DNA from: an uncultured Desulfobacterales bacterium
GTDB lineage: Bacteria > Desulfobacterota > Desulfobacteria > Desulfobacterales > C00003060
NCBI GenBank assembly: GCA_964430705.1
Contig: CAYSGJ010000186.1
Span: forward strand, 892-64,891
Direction of reading: 5' to 3'
Length of the DNA: 64,000 bases
Shown: one piece after another, positions 1 through 9,748 of the stretch
How the letters are laid out: every line of letters starts with the position of its first letter
How positions within the stretch are numbered: the first letter of the stretch is position 1
The notes under the pieces: generated by a model
Database searches by the model: none
The model's input: the letters and a program-made list of their open reading frames with translations, nothing else
Told to the model about the DNA's origin: nothing
Position numbers and translations under genes: made by a program

Positions 1-663
1 GCCAATGGCTCTGGACATGCCCAGAATAATGGCCGTACAGATCCCTGATAAGGAAGACGGAATAACCACCCTGCTGATCGTTTCCCAATGGGTGGCGCCC
101 AAAGCCAAAGACGCTTCCCTGAGTTCGCGTCGGACGGCATGAATAGCATCTTCTGAGATGCTGGAGATAGTCGGCACCGCCATAAAGGCCAGCATCAACG
201 AGGCATTGAAAACGTTTAACCCCGTTGGTATGTCGAGCAATTCCTGCAGCAAAGGCGCCACCACGACCATACCGAAAAAACCGATCACCACCGAAGGAAG
301 AGATGCCAGCATTTCTATGGTCGGTTTCAGGATTTCTTTCATTCTGATGCCGGCGATCTCTGAAATATAGACGGCGGAAAGCAGTCCCAGGGGAATGGCG
401 ATAACGGAAGAAAAAAAAGTAACCACCACCGATGCCACAATCAAAGGAAAGATACCGAAATCAGGCGGATCATAGGTCGGATACCAGTATCGGCCAAAGA
501 GGAAATCCTTGACCGATACCACTTTAAAAATCGGAATGCCCTCTTTGAAAAGAAAAAACACGATCAGGGCCAAAACAATAATGGAACCAAGAGCGACCAG
601 AAGAAAAAAATTCTTTATGATGTTTTCCTTGGTTCTTGTAAGTGCTGCCCGTTGCATCGACAT
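1..663 (-). CDS. pstC: Phosphate ABC transporter permease PstC (partial; C-terminus lies beyond the left edge)
   Basis: Not in the ORF track because no stop lies in the window. My reverse-strand translation from the ATG at 663 stays open to position 1. It reads MSMQRAALTRTKENIIKNFFLLVALGSIIVL...YWYPTYDPPDFGIFPLIVASVVVT...LREASLALGATHWETISRVVIPSSLSGICTAIILGMSRAIG, a typical PstC-type permease. It lies directly downstream of pstS on the same strand. Confidence 0.85.
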   Translation of the reverse strand, partial: MSMQRAALTRTKENIIKNFFLLVALGSIIVLALIVFFLFKEGIPIFKVVSVKDFLFGRYWYPTYDPPDFGIFPLIVASVVVTFFSSVIAIPLGLLSAVYISEIAGIRMKEILKPTIEMLASLPSVVIGFFGMVVVAPLLQELLDIPTGLNVFNASLMLAFMAVPTISSISEDAIHAVRRELREASLALGATHWETISRVVIPSSLSGICTAIILGMSRAIG

Positions 664-763
664 TCCCTTGATTTTTTTAAAAAACAGGGTAGCGCCAAGG
701 CGCTACCCCTTCCGCCGGCTCTTTGACTGCGAAAAAAACGGCAGGCCAAAGCCTGCCGCGTTC

Positions 764-1585
764 TTAATACATGGGGACGTAGCCTTCTTCCAGCACAATC
801 TTTTGCCCCGCCGGACTCACAACAAAATTGATAAACGACATGACATCGTCTTCCGGCCATCCGTTGGTAAACATGAACAATGCCCTTGAAACCGGGAACG
901 CCCCGTTCAGCGCAGTGGCCGGGGTGGCTTCAATACCGTCTACCGTCAAGGCCTTGACGTCTTTATTCACATAGCCAATGCCTATGTAGCCGATGGCGTA
1001 CTTGTTCTTGGCCACGGCCTGGGCCACCGCACCGTTTGAGGCCTGCAGTAGTGCTTTGGGCATGACTTTTTCTTTCTTGAGCACCTTGTCTTCCCATACC
1101 TCGTAGGTGCCGGAACTGGTATCCCTGGAAATGACCACGATCGGCTTGCTCGGACCGCCCAACTCGCCCCAGTTGGTGACCTTGCCCGTATAAATGTCCT
1201 TCAGCCTTGCGCTGCTGATGGCGCTCAAAGGATTGGAAGGATGGACCACGGGGACCACGCAATCCAAAGCCACACGGTGAGGCACCGGCAGGACACCGCG
1301 TTCCATGGCCAGCTTGATTTCCTTGTCTTTAATGAATCGCGATGAATCCGCGATGTCCGTGGTCCCGTCGATAATAGCCTTCATGCCGTTGCCGGACCCG
1401 CCACCGGATACCGAGATATTGATGTCGGGATTGGCCTTCATAAATTCCTCGGCCGCCTTCTGGGCGATTGGAAGCACCGTTGTGGAACCTTTGATGACAA
1501 CACTGCGGGCAAACGCATTGCCGCCGATCAAAAAACACATCATCGCTGAAAACACAACAACCTTTGACCAAAATGACTTTTTCAT
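764..1585 (-). CDS. pstS: Periplasmic phosphate-binding protein PstS
   Basis: ORF 764..1624. The start is chosen at MKKSFWSKVVVFSAMMCF (signal peptide) with an AAGGAG RBS upstream. GSTTVLPIAQKAAEEFMKANPDINISVSGGGSGNGMKAIIDGTTDIADSSR matches the PstS/PBP family. Confidence 0.9.
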   Translation of the reverse strand: MKKSFWSKVVVFSAMMCFLIGGNAFARSVVIKGSTTVLPIAQKAAEEFMKANPDINISVSGGGSGNGMKAIIDGTTDIADSSRFIKDKEIKLAMERGVLPVPHRVALDCVVPVVHPSNPLSAISSARLKDIYTGKVTNWGELGGPSKPIVVISRDTSSGTYEVWEDKVLKKEKVMPKALLQASNGAVAQAVAKNKYAIGYIGIGYVNKDVKALTVDGIEATPATALNGAFPVSRALFMFTNGWPEDDVMSFINFVVSPAGQKIVLEEGYVPMY

Positions 1586-1845
1586 ATCCACACTCCTTTT
1601 TTTACAATTTTTCCGATCATTCAACCCTTAAAATCAAACACACCAAAAACATACATCCCGACTTAATAATACAGAACGGACGAAACGTCCGCAACCGCTG
1701 TTACAACAGGCCTTTATTACCACCTCCCATCCAAGGTTTCGATTGAAAAACCGCAACCGGTCTCTGTGCCGGCCACGGTTGTCGGTAAACCGGCCCGCGT
1801 TTGCCGACAATCCCTTTTGACATGGCCTGTAAATTATGCACCGCA

Positions 1846-1896
1846 TGTCACATTCTTGTTACAATTTTGCTTTTTTCGTGTAACAATTGTTTAACA
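1846..1896 (-). promoter_or_regulatory. Pho-box-like array: TGTnACA half-sites at 11-bp spacing upstream of pstS
   Basis: The half-sites are TGTCACA (1846), TGTTACA (1857), a weak TGCTTTT (1868), TGTAACA (1879) and TTTAACA (1890). All are exactly 11 bp apart. On the reverse strand a CATAAT -10-like hexamer follows about 7 nt after the last box. Confidence 0.5.
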
Positions 1897-2096
1897 TGTT
1901 GATTATGAACGATAATGTGGCAATCAAATTGTAACAAACATGATCTGGATCGATTCGGCCGGGCGTGGCAAATCCCCGAAAGGATTATCAGAAATAACTT
2001 GTTGCAGTTTCGTGACGAAGGGGTGCTTGTCCGGCGACGATCAGACGACGGTGCGATTCAACACAACCCTGATTGAGGCCGGTTGATTTCTATGGT

Positions 2097-2185
2097 TCAT
2101 CCGGTTAAAGCATACTTGAAGGATAGCAGTGTGGGTCAACAGCCGACTTCGTGGAGGATTGAAGGAGTACGCTTTAACCGGATGA
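2097..2185. repeat. Long inverted repeat (15 bp perfect, 19 bp with one mismatch) immediately 3' of the DUF47 gene
   Basis: TCATCCGGTTAAAGC (2097-2111) pairs with GCTTTAACCGGATGA (2171-2185). The roughly 59-nt spacer contains a direct repeat of TTGAAGGA. Confidence 0.6.
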
Positions 2186-2192
2186 AACATTT

Positions 2193-2888
2193 CTATTTAC
2201 CCCAAAAACTCTTTTTGCGGCGGGCCATCATGGCTCTCATCATATCGCCGGCATTTTCCGCGTGATCGGCGACAGAGCCGATGATCTCGGCAAGTCTGAC
2301 CATATGAAATATGGTTACCGGGTCTTTTTCAATATTAAACACCTTGTATTTCAACTCATCTTCCAGGATATCCGCCCCATGTTCCTTTTTTCGCAGGCCA
2401 TCGATGATTTTTTTGACGAGCCTTCGTTGCTTTTCGGAATAAGTTTGAAAGTAGGTCTTCGCCTCGGCTACCAATCGGCTTAAATCCTCGAGAGGCTCTA
2501 CCACGGCATCCACCAAAAGGAATAGGACCTCCCTTATTTCCTCCTTTGAAGAGCCCCAGTGCGGACGATAAGAAATCCAGTCCAGGGCTTCCTCGACGGA
2601 ATCAAGCACCGCATCCTGTTCTTTCAAGTACATAAACAACTGAAACCGCTCCATGGGCATCTTGCCCCTCCTGGGAAGGTGCCCGCGGATACGGCGTTTG
2701 ACGACATCCGCTTCGTTTTCCAGTCTGATGACCTCCTGGCGATAATCTTCGAATCGCTTGCACCGGTCTTCGGCATGACACTCAATGGCCTGCTGAAACG
2801 CCCACCCGCACTCCTTCACCTTTTCCGCATGCTCCAAAAGACCGTCAAAGGGGGAAGTGGTGAACGCCGAAAACAATGAAATGCCCAT
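2193..2888 (-). CDS. DUF47 / PhoU-related phosphate transport regulator (Pit accessory protein)
   Basis: ORF 2193..2990, start chosen at MGISLFSAFTTSPFDGLLEHAEKV. This is 10 nt downstream of the PiT stop. Length and sequence fit the TIGR00153/DUF47 type. Confidence 0.8.
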   Translation of the reverse strand: MGISLFSAFTTSPFDGLLEHAEKVKECGWAFQQAIECHAEDRCKRFEDYRQEVIRLENEADVVKRRIRGHLPRRGKMPMERFQLFMYLKEQDAVLDSVEEALDWISYRPHWGSSKEEIREVLFLLVDAVVEPLEDLSRLVAEAKTYFQTYSEKQRRLVKKIIDGLRKKEHGADILEDELKYKVFNIEKDPVTIFHMVRLAEIIGSVADHAENAGDMMRAMMARRKKSFWGK

Positions 2889-2898
2889 GATCGCCTCC

Positions 2899-5169
2899 TC
2901 ATCCGACGGGACACGCCCCGTTGTTTGCCGTATTTCTCGCTTGAAAAGATTCCCTGAAAATGTCCAGCAAGTCTTGTGTCTGTTCGGCAATCTGCACGGC
3001 GTTTTCCATCAATCCGTAGAAAAGAATGCTTCGGCTGGTTTTGGATGCGCCGTTTTGAATGCGTTTTATCTGGTTTTTGTCAAATTGTACGGCAAAAGCC
3101 TTCAGCTTTCGACTCTGGTTGGCAATATAGTCATAATCCACTTCTTTGCGCTGCATCAACATGATCGAGGTGTTCCACAGCAACCTGGTAACAAAGGTCT
3201 TGATTTGGCCCAACTCTTCCTTTTGGCTGTCCTCAAATCCCGCATGACAGTCCTCAAAATGGATATGGGAACGTTTGATCATATCCCTGTGGCTTTCTGC
3301 AATGCCTTGAATGACCCGGATGGTTTTTGCGTACTTCTGCGTACTGCCCACGGCATCATGTCGAAGAAGGGAAAGGGTTTCAAAGATATTGGAGATAATC
3401 GTGTTGGCCCATTTCTGGATTCTATCGGTCCAAGTCGTCGCATCCCGGAGTCTTTGTCTGTCCTCCAAGAATGCAGATTCAAAACACAACTCCAGGCTAT
3501 CGCTGATTTCTTTCAGAAAAAAACCGGTCTGCTCAAACGTGACGTGGATTGCCGTATCGGCGTTACGGATGTCCCTGAGAGTGAACCCTTCAATGACGTC
3601 GCTTTCCTGTTCCCTTTTAAAATGAGCCAGGTAGCTGTGGTAGACCGCCGTCAGCAAAAGAACCAGCAGACCGATCATGGCCAGCAATTTGAAGTAATAA
3701 ATAAGAACCGCAAAAATCAAAGAAATCGAAAACGCCACCAGGGCGGTTAAAAACCATCCGCTGATGACCGTCAGCACCCCGGCCACCCGATAAACGGCGC
3801 TTTCGCGTCCCCACGCCTGATCTGAAAGGGATGTTCCCATGGCCACCATGAATGTCACATAGGTCGTCGACAGCGGCAGCTTCAATGATGTCGCGAGGGA
3901 AACCACGGCACTGGCCACAAAAAGGTTTACCGAGGCCCGCAACAAGTCAAAGGACGGCACCTTGCCGTGGATGGGAGCCGGGCAACCGCACTGCCCTGTA
4001 TCCAGGCGGTTGGAAATCGCCTGCTTCAATAGAACCGGAATCAGCTTCTGGCAAAAGGAAAAAACGGTGTGAGAGATGCGCACAATATTTCTTGAAAAAA
4101 TGGAAGAACCGAAGCGCTCCATCCCTTCCTCTTGTCTGCCCAGGTTGATTTCCGTTCTGGTAACCGTGCGGGCCTTTCTGGATACCCACAAGGTCAACGC
4201 CATAATCGCCCCGGCAATCAACAGGAAAAAGGTGTTGGACTGTATCGGCCGTTCCAGAGCATCCATGGTTACCCGCAACGGCTCAGCAGAAGCCTGTGCA
4301 ACATGATAGGCATTTAACCCGGCCAGAGGAACGCCGATAAAATTCACCAGATCATTGCCGGCAAACGCCATGGCAAGGGCGAAGGTTCCGATCAAAACAA
4401 TGGGTTTGAGGATGTCGATTCGCGTAAAAAGGGCCAACAGCTGAAAAATGACGCCAAAAAACCCAAAACCGATGGCCAAAACCGTCCAACCATGGGTATT
4501 GATCCAGTCAACAGCCTCCGGCGTGATAAATGACGCGCCTTGAGCGCCCTTTATCAGAATAAAATAAGAAATCGCCGCCAGAGACAACCCGGCCCAGATG
4601 CCGCCGTATCGCCGGAGGCGTTTGGTGTAATCAAAGGTAAAGATCAACCGGGCCACGAACTGTATAATCGCCCCGCAACAAAATGCGATGACAATCGACA
4701 AGAGTATTCCCGAAATAATCGCCAGGGCTTTTCCAGTGTTGATGTAGTCAACCAACGTCAACAGGCTGCCGCTCGCGGCATAAATCTTGATGAGCGATAC
4801 AGCCACGGCTGCACCAAGCAACTCAAAAACAATGGATACGGTGGTGGATGTAGGCAAACCAAAGGTATTGAACAGATCAAGAAGGATGATATCGGTGAGC
4901 ATAACGGCCAAAAAGATCGTCATCAATTCCGGCATGACGAAAAATTTCGGGTGGAATATTCCTTTTCTGGCCACTTCCATCATGCCGCTGGAAAAAGTCA
5001 CGCCGGCCAGCATACCAAGACTGGCGATGATCATGATCACATGGCGTGGCGCCACTCTCGAACCGATGGAAGAATTCAGAAAATTGACGGCATCATTGAC
5101 CACACCCACAATCAGGTCGAAAATCGCAAGTCCGATCAGCACGAAAACGGCAAAAAAATAGAAATCCAT
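2899..5169 (-). CDS. PiT (PHO4) family inorganic phosphate transporter with a ~235-aa soluble C-terminal extension
   Basis: 756-aa ORF. The N-terminus MDFYFFAVFVLIGLAIFDLIVGVVNDAVNFLNSSIGSR is typical of PiT. The hydrophobic region ends near aa 520 and a helix-rich hydrophilic tail follows. Confidence 0.85.
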   Translation of the reverse strand: MDFYFFAVFVLIGLAIFDLIVGVVNDAVNFLNSSIGSRVAPRHVIMIIASLGMLAGVTFSSGMMEVARKGIFHPKFFVMPELMTIFLAVMLTDIILLDLFNTFGLPTSTTVSIVFELLGAAVAVSLIKIYAASGSLLTLVDYINTGKALAIISGILLSIVIAFCCGAIIQFVARLIFTFDYTKRLRRYGGIWAGLSLAAISYFILIKGAQGASFITPEAVDWINTHGWTVLAIGFGFFGVIFQLLALFTRIDILKPIVLIGTFALAMAFAGNDLVNFIGVPLAGLNAYHVAQASAEPLRVTMDALERPIQSNTFFLLIAGAIMALTLWVSRKARTVTRTEINLGRQEEGMERFGSSIFSRNIVRISHTVFSFCQKLIPVLLKQAISNRLDTGQCGCPAPIHGKVPSFDLLRASVNLFVASAVVSLATSLKLPLSTTYVTFMVAMGTSLSDQAWGRESAVYRVAGVLTVISGWFLTALVAFSISLIFAVLIYYFKLLAMIGLLVLLLTAVYHSYLAHFKREQESDVIEGFTLRDIRNADTAIHVTFEQTGFFLKEISDSLELCFESAFLEDRQRLRDATTWTDRIQKWANTIISNIFETLSLLRHDAVGSTQKYAKTIRVIQGIAESHRDMIKRSHIHFEDCHAGFEDSQKEELGQIKTFVTRLLWNTSIMLMQRKEVDYDYIANQSRKLKAFAVQFDKNQIKRIQNGASKTSRSILFYGLMENAVQIAEQTQDLLDIFRESFQARNTANNGACPVG

Positions 5170-5293
5170 AAGTGCCCTTAAAAAATCTTTCCACTGAAAA
5201 AAAGACTGCTTGCAAGTAGGCCCATAGATGTCGGAAGAGGCGATGATTTCTGGAATGGTTTCTATTGGTTTTCAGCACTGCCGTCAACCAAAT

Positions 5294-5311
5294 TGTCACA
5301 CAATTGTAACA
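5294..5311 (-). promoter_or_regulatory. Pho-box-like direct repeat upstream of the PiT gene
   Basis: AATTGTCACAC/AATTGTAACAA gives TGTCACA (5294) and TGTAACA (5305), 11 bp apart. It sits about 125-140 nt upstream of the PiT start and uses the same half-site as the pstS array. Confidence 0.5.
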
Positions 5312-5433
5312 AAGGGGGGGGTCGTCTCCTTGGGATGAAAAACCATATAAGCATTGAAAATGGCCTGGGAAATTTAGCAATGCAAATCAGGCCGCCACTT
5401 TTTTTCCCCTATGCGACAGAGATGTTACAGACC

Positions 5434-6054
5434 TTAAAGGGCAGGGGCTATCCCGATTCCCTTGATTTGGGGAGGACCCTGAACCAGCATTTCCGCCAGG
5501 GTGAGCTTCACTTTAGGCATGGCGTAGCCCTGAAATGCCATCAGAGCCATTTCCAAAGAGGCCAGCGCTTTGTAAAAAGGAGTTCTGTCAAGCATGGGCG
5601 CTTGATCCAGGTCGGCATACTGTTCCTGGCACCGAATACAGCCTGGAAATCGCATGACTTTTCCATCCGGCCTTATAAAACTGTTGGGAACCCCGTGCAT
5701 GCGGCATATCATGAGTCGGTGCTCGTAGAGCCGGCAAAGCCCGTTTTCGTTCAATGGACACATCATCCCGGGGGTTTTGCCTTGGGCAAGGCAGAGCCGG
5801 CTTTGCGCCACATATGCCTTGGCCCTGTCTAAAAACCCTCGCCGTCGTTCTTCCGAACAAGCATTTATTCCCTCCCACAGGTAGGCCCACTCAATATAGG
5901 TATGGTGTTGAAAGTAGGATGTGCAGCAATTGTCGGAACAGCCCTCGCAAGACAACCCGAAGGTGTCGGCAGCACGGCTGTACGCCGCCTCCATCGTTGT
6001 ATAAAGATGGGCCAGGTCTTCAAACAGCTTGCTTTTTAATTCATTTTTTCCCAT
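5434..6054 (-). CDS. YkgJ/UPF0153-type cysteine-cluster (CxxCxxCC) protein
   Basis: 206-aa ORF with the CEGCSDNCCTSYF motif and further conserved Cys residues (MCPLNENGLCRLYEHRLMICRMHG). Confidence 0.7.
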   Translation of the reverse strand: MGKNELKSKLFEDLAHLYTTMEAAYSRAADTFGLSCEGCSDNCCTSYFQHHTYIEWAYLWEGINACSEERRRGFLDRAKAYVAQSRLCLAQGKTPGMMCPLNENGLCRLYEHRLMICRMHGVPNSFIRPDGKVMRFPGCIRCQEQYADLDQAPMLDRTPFYKALASLEMALMAFQGYAMPKVKLTLAEMLVQGPPQIKGIGIAPAL

Positions 6055-6181
6055 GGTAGGCGGAAACCCCGACTATCGTATGACTTTAGTCCCCTGAAAA
6101 GATTGGAGCTTCAAAAGGCATCGGATTTCAAAAGGTGCCGATAAACCTAGCACGGCCATGAAGAAAAAGGAAGGAGGATCC

Positions 6182-6709
6182 ATGTCATTCGAAGTTCAAA
6201 AGACAACGGAAATATACCGGGGAAAGATACTTGACGTCTTTGTGGACCAGGTGGTTCTGCCTAACGGGGTTGTCAAAAAACGGGAGGTCATTCGCCACCC
6301 CGGCGCCGCGGCCATGGTACCTGTTTTTGATGACGGCCGAATCGGATTGATCAAGCAGTTTCGCCATGCGGTAAGCGATTTTCTCTGGGAAATTCCCGCC
6401 GGCACGCTGGAGGCAAGAGAAACCCCCTTGGAATGCGCCCAACGCGAACTCATCGAAGAAATCGGATATCAAGCCAACGATTTCAAGAAGCTTGCCGAGA
6501 TCCTCCCCGCTCCGGGATACACAGACGAGTGCATTCACGTCTTTCTGGCCACGGGACTCACCCCGGCAAAGCAAGACCTGGACGACGACGAGGTCTTGGA
6601 ACTCCACCCCACGGGCTTTGACAGGGCCATACATATGATCTTGGAAGGAAAAATCCGGGATGCAAAGAGCATTGTGGGGTTGTTGCTGGCACGGCAACGA
6701 GCCCTGTAA
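6182..6709 (+). CDS. NUDIX hydrolase (ADP-ribose pyrophosphatase-like)
   Basis: Nudix box GTLEARETPLECAQRELIEEIGY. The start is chosen at MSFEVQK, after a GGAGGA RBS. Confidence 0.85.
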   Translation: MSFEVQKTTEIYRGKILDVFVDQVVLPNGVVKKREVIRHPGAAAMVPVFDDGRIGLIKQFRHAVSDFLWEIPAGTLEARETPLECAQRELIEEIGYQANDFKKLAEILPAPGYTDECIHVFLATGLTPAKQDLDDDEVLELHPTGFDRAIHMILEGKIRDAKSIVGLLLARQRAL

Positions 6710-6776
6710 ACGGCCATTCGTCGGCCGTAAACCTGTTATTGCAAGGGCTCGTTTGTTGGGCCGATGATGAAAAAAA

Positions 6777-7538
6777 TCACGGGGTCCGAGACACACGTCC
6801 GCTCTTGTCCTTATGCCTCGAGCCATACCATTCAATCTGGCGGCAGACACCGCGGATCATCTTCACATCCCGGGCGCGCAGGTCGATCCTGGAAAAAAAG
6901 CGGCGCACGTATCGCATCCAGTAGTCCGGATTTCCAGGGTCGATGAAATGGATATTGACAAAGACCTCTTTCAGCTGCGCATACATGTCTTCCAATTCCC
7001 TCCGGCTGGCCAGCCTGGGAGTAAAACAGCTCGCATCGTCTCCGCCGGCCATGAAGACCTCATAGCAGAGCACCATAATGGCCTGCGCCAGGTTCAGGGA
7101 CGCAAAGTCGGCCGTGGGAATGGTCACTACGGCCTGACAAAGGCTCAATTCGGCATTCGTCAAGCCTGTGTCTTCCGGACCGAAGATCAACGCAACGCTG
7201 TTTTTCTGAGAAACGGGAATCAGCTTACGAGCCATTTCCCTTGGACTTGGCAGGGTCGGTCGCCGGCTGCCGACGCGAGCCGTTGTGCCGACCGTGTATT
7301 GAAAAGGCGCCAAGGCGTTTTCCAGATCGTCATGAATTCCCATGTCTTCGACGATGTGGGCCGCAAAATGGGTCGCCATTCTGAGAATCCGTGTCAGGTC
7401 GCAGTCAAGCGGATCCACAACAACAAGCCGACGGATCCCCATATTGCAGGCAGCGCGGGCTGCGGCCCCAATATTTTCAGGAAATTTCGGCTTGTGGAGC
7501 ACGACAGCTATGTTGTCCAGATTTACCCGCAAAGCCAT
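6777..7538 (-). CDS. SpoU/TrmH-family RNA 2'-O-methyltransferase (TrmJ-like)
   Basis: VLHKPKFPENIGAAARAACNMGIRRLVVV and the C-terminal SLNLAQAIMVLCYE motif are present. The start is chosen at MALRVNLDNIAVV. Confidence 0.8.
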   Translation of the reverse strand: MALRVNLDNIAVVLHKPKFPENIGAAARAACNMGIRRLVVVDPLDCDLTRILRMATHFAAHIVEDMGIHDDLENALAPFQYTVGTTARVGSRRPTLPSPREMARKLIPVSQKNSVALIFGPEDTGLTNAELSLCQAVVTIPTADFASLNLAQAIMVLCYEVFMAGGDDASCFTPRLASRRELEDMYAQLKEVFVNIHFIDPGNPDYWMRYVRRFFSRIDLRARDVKMIRGVCRQIEWYGSRHKDKSGRVSRTP

Positions 7539-7684
7539 GACTGTTACCTCGTTTCCATCTATAAGCCCATATCCATACCCGGAGGCGGTAGCGTTGATTT
7601 GCCTCTTCGAAAGAGGGCCGGCAGTATCAAAAGCACCCATTCAGAACAATCACGGCGGATTTTATACAGCCCATTTACCGCCGC

Positions 7685-8104
7685 TTATGCCGCCAACTCC
7701 AGAGCACTGAAAAAATAGCCGATCTCAACGGCGGCACTTTCCACAGAATCAGAACCATGCACGACATTACGCCGGCCATCCGTAGCAAAGGCCTTGCGGA
7801 TCGTTCCATCCGCCGCCTTGGCGGGGTCTGTAGCTCCCATTATTTCCCGGTACCCGGCAACGACGTTTTTTCCTTCCAGCACCAAGACCACCGATGGCCC
7901 GGAAGACATGAAATCAATCAACCCTTGATAATAAGGACGCCCTTTGTGCTCTGTGTAGAATGTTCCCGCCTCAGCCTGTGACAACCAAACCATCTTCATG
8001 GCAATGATTCGGAAGCCGGCCTTTTCCAGTATGCCTGTGATTTCCCCTACCAGACCCCTGGCAACACCGTCCGGTTTAATAATGGACAACGTTCTTTCTT
8101 TCAT
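7685..8104 (-). CDS. ndk: Nucleoside diphosphate kinase
   Basis: [38 protein letters not shown]...[20 protein letters not shown]. The longer 251-aa ORF is an upstream read-through artefact. Confidence 0.93.
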   Translation of the reverse strand: MKERTLSIIKPDGVARGLVGEITGILEKAGFRIIAMKMVWLSQAEAGTFYTEHKGRPYYQGLIDFMSSGPSVVLVLEGKNVVAGYREIMGATDPAKAADGTIRKAFATDGRRNVVHGSDSVESAAVEIGYFFSALELAA

Positions 8105-8315
8105 GGAAATACCCCCTTTCAGCCCCATAACAACACGGAAGATCTCGTAACAAAAAGATAAAAACAAATCAACAGGTGAGGCAAGAAAGCAGAGCATATC
8201 TTGGCAAGCCTTGGCCATACGGGTCCTTGTCTTATGTAAAGTTAAAATAATGCTGTAAGAATGGCCTCTTTTACGATATGGAGATACCATAAACACGGTG
8301 CGACAAAGGGGGAGC

Positions 8316-9680
8316 ATGAAAGTACTCGTATACGGGTCCGGTGGTCGGGACCACTGCCTGGCCGACAAATACGGCGACAGCCAACATGTGGATAAGGTGT
8401 ATTTTTCCCCGGGAAACCCCGGGGTTCTCCATACACCCAAAGGACGGAGCGATAGGAAACTGATAGAGATTGTGCGCCTGAAAGACTTTCAGGCATTGGC
8501 CGACTTCTGTGTGGACCAAGGAGTGGACCTCGTAGATGTGGGATCCGAGAACCCCCTGAGTGAAGGCCTGGTCAATGTGTTGAGCGGCAAGGGGATTAAA
8601 AGCGTAGGACCCAAAAAAGAATACTGTGTCATCGAAAGCGATCGGGCCTTTACGGACGATTTGCTGAAACGCATTGGTGTGCCCAAACCGCAGTATCAGG
8701 TTTTTGACGATCCGGAAAAGGCCAAGGCGTATGTGCGCAATATCGGGTATCAGGTGGTGATAAAGGCCAACGGTCTGGCGGCCGGCAAAGGGGCCATCGT
8801 GTGCGACGACGTGCCCGACGCCCTCACGGCTATAGACCGCATGATGGTGGACAAGGTTTTCGGCCGTTCGGGCGACCGGGTAGTTGTAGAGGAGAGAAAG
8901 TATGGCACAGAGCTTTCGTTCTATACCTATTTGGATGGTCGGCATGCGCTGCCTTTGAGAATGCTTGCCCAGGATTACAAGCCGGCCTTTGACCCCGACG
9001 ACGAAGAGGCGATCAAACAGTTCGGTGGAAACTTCAACACCGGCGGTACCGGTTGTTACTGTCCCCACAAGCTGCTAAGTCCTTGGCTGGTTAACAGAAT
9101 CATCAAGGAGATCGTAAATCCCACCGTCAACGAGATCTACAATCATCTGGGGTGGAATTACAAGGGGGTCCTTTATTTCGGTTTGAATCTGGACCCTTAC
9201 GACAACCTAGAGGTGTTCGAAATCAATGTCCGGCACGGCGATCCCGAGTGGCTGGTCATCGCCCGCAAATTAAGCACCGACCTCTTTGAGATCGGTTCTG
9301 CCGTGTGGGAAGGAACCCTGGATCAAATCCGGCAAGCATGGAACCAACAGCACTATGTGGACGTTATCGCCATGGAAGGCCGGTCCAAGGCATCCAGAGG
9401 ATGGAACAAGGGGTATCCGGGCCGTTACGGGAAAGGGCACCGTATACTCGGGCTCAATGAGATCGAACGGGGCATTGCCGTCTACTTTGCCGGCGTGGAC
9501 GAAGACCCTGAGAAAGGCCTGGTTACTTATGGGGGTCGGGTGCTGCACCTGGTGGCCGGCGACGCCACCCTGGAAAAAGCCAGAAAAAAAGCCTACCGGA
9601 ACATGGAAAAACTGGTGTTTGTAGATCACAACAACCAGGATTCAAACTGTCTGAGGTTCCGCCGGACCATTGGGGCATAG
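8316..9680 (+). CDS. purD: Phosphoribosylamine--glycine ligase
   Basis: [19 protein letters not shown]... with an ATP-grasp core ([16 protein letters not shown]). Confidence 0.9.
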   Translation: MKVLVYGSGGRDHCLADKYGDSQHVDKVYFSPGNPGVLHTPKGRSDRKLIEIVRLKDFQALADFCVDQGVDLVDVGSENPLSEGLVNVLSGKGIKSVGPKKEYCVIESDRAFTDDLLKRIGVPKPQYQVFDDPEKAKAYVRNIGYQVVIKANGLAAGKGAIVCDDVPDALTAIDRMMVDKVFGRSGDRVVVEERKYGTELSFYTYLDGRHALPLRMLAQDYKPAFDPDDEEAIKQFGGNFNTGGTGCYCPHKLLSPWLVNRIIKEIVNPTVNEIYNHLGWNYKGVLYFGLNLDPYDNLEVFEINVRHGDPEWLVIARKLSTDLFEIGSAVWEGTLDQIRQAWNQQHYVDVIAMEGRSKASRGWNKGYPGRYGKGHRILGLNEIERGIAVYFAGVDEDPEKGLVTYGGRVLHLVAGDATLEKARKKAYRNMEKLVFVDHNNQDSNCLRFRRTIGA

Positions 9681-9748
9681 GGCATGCTTTGTCTCTCGTA
9701 ATAAACAACCAAGATAGCAGGTCGATAAAACAACGAACGGGGGTTCAT

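Noticed and set aside
8105-8440. N-terminal 112-aa extension of the ndk ORF (7685..8440)
   Set aside because: The Ndk homology starts at [13 protein letters not shown] (start at 8104). The upstream part is unconserved-looking read-through of the purD promoter region.
8271-9068. 265-aa minus-strand ORF
   Set aside because: It lies antisense to purD, so it is a shadow ORF.
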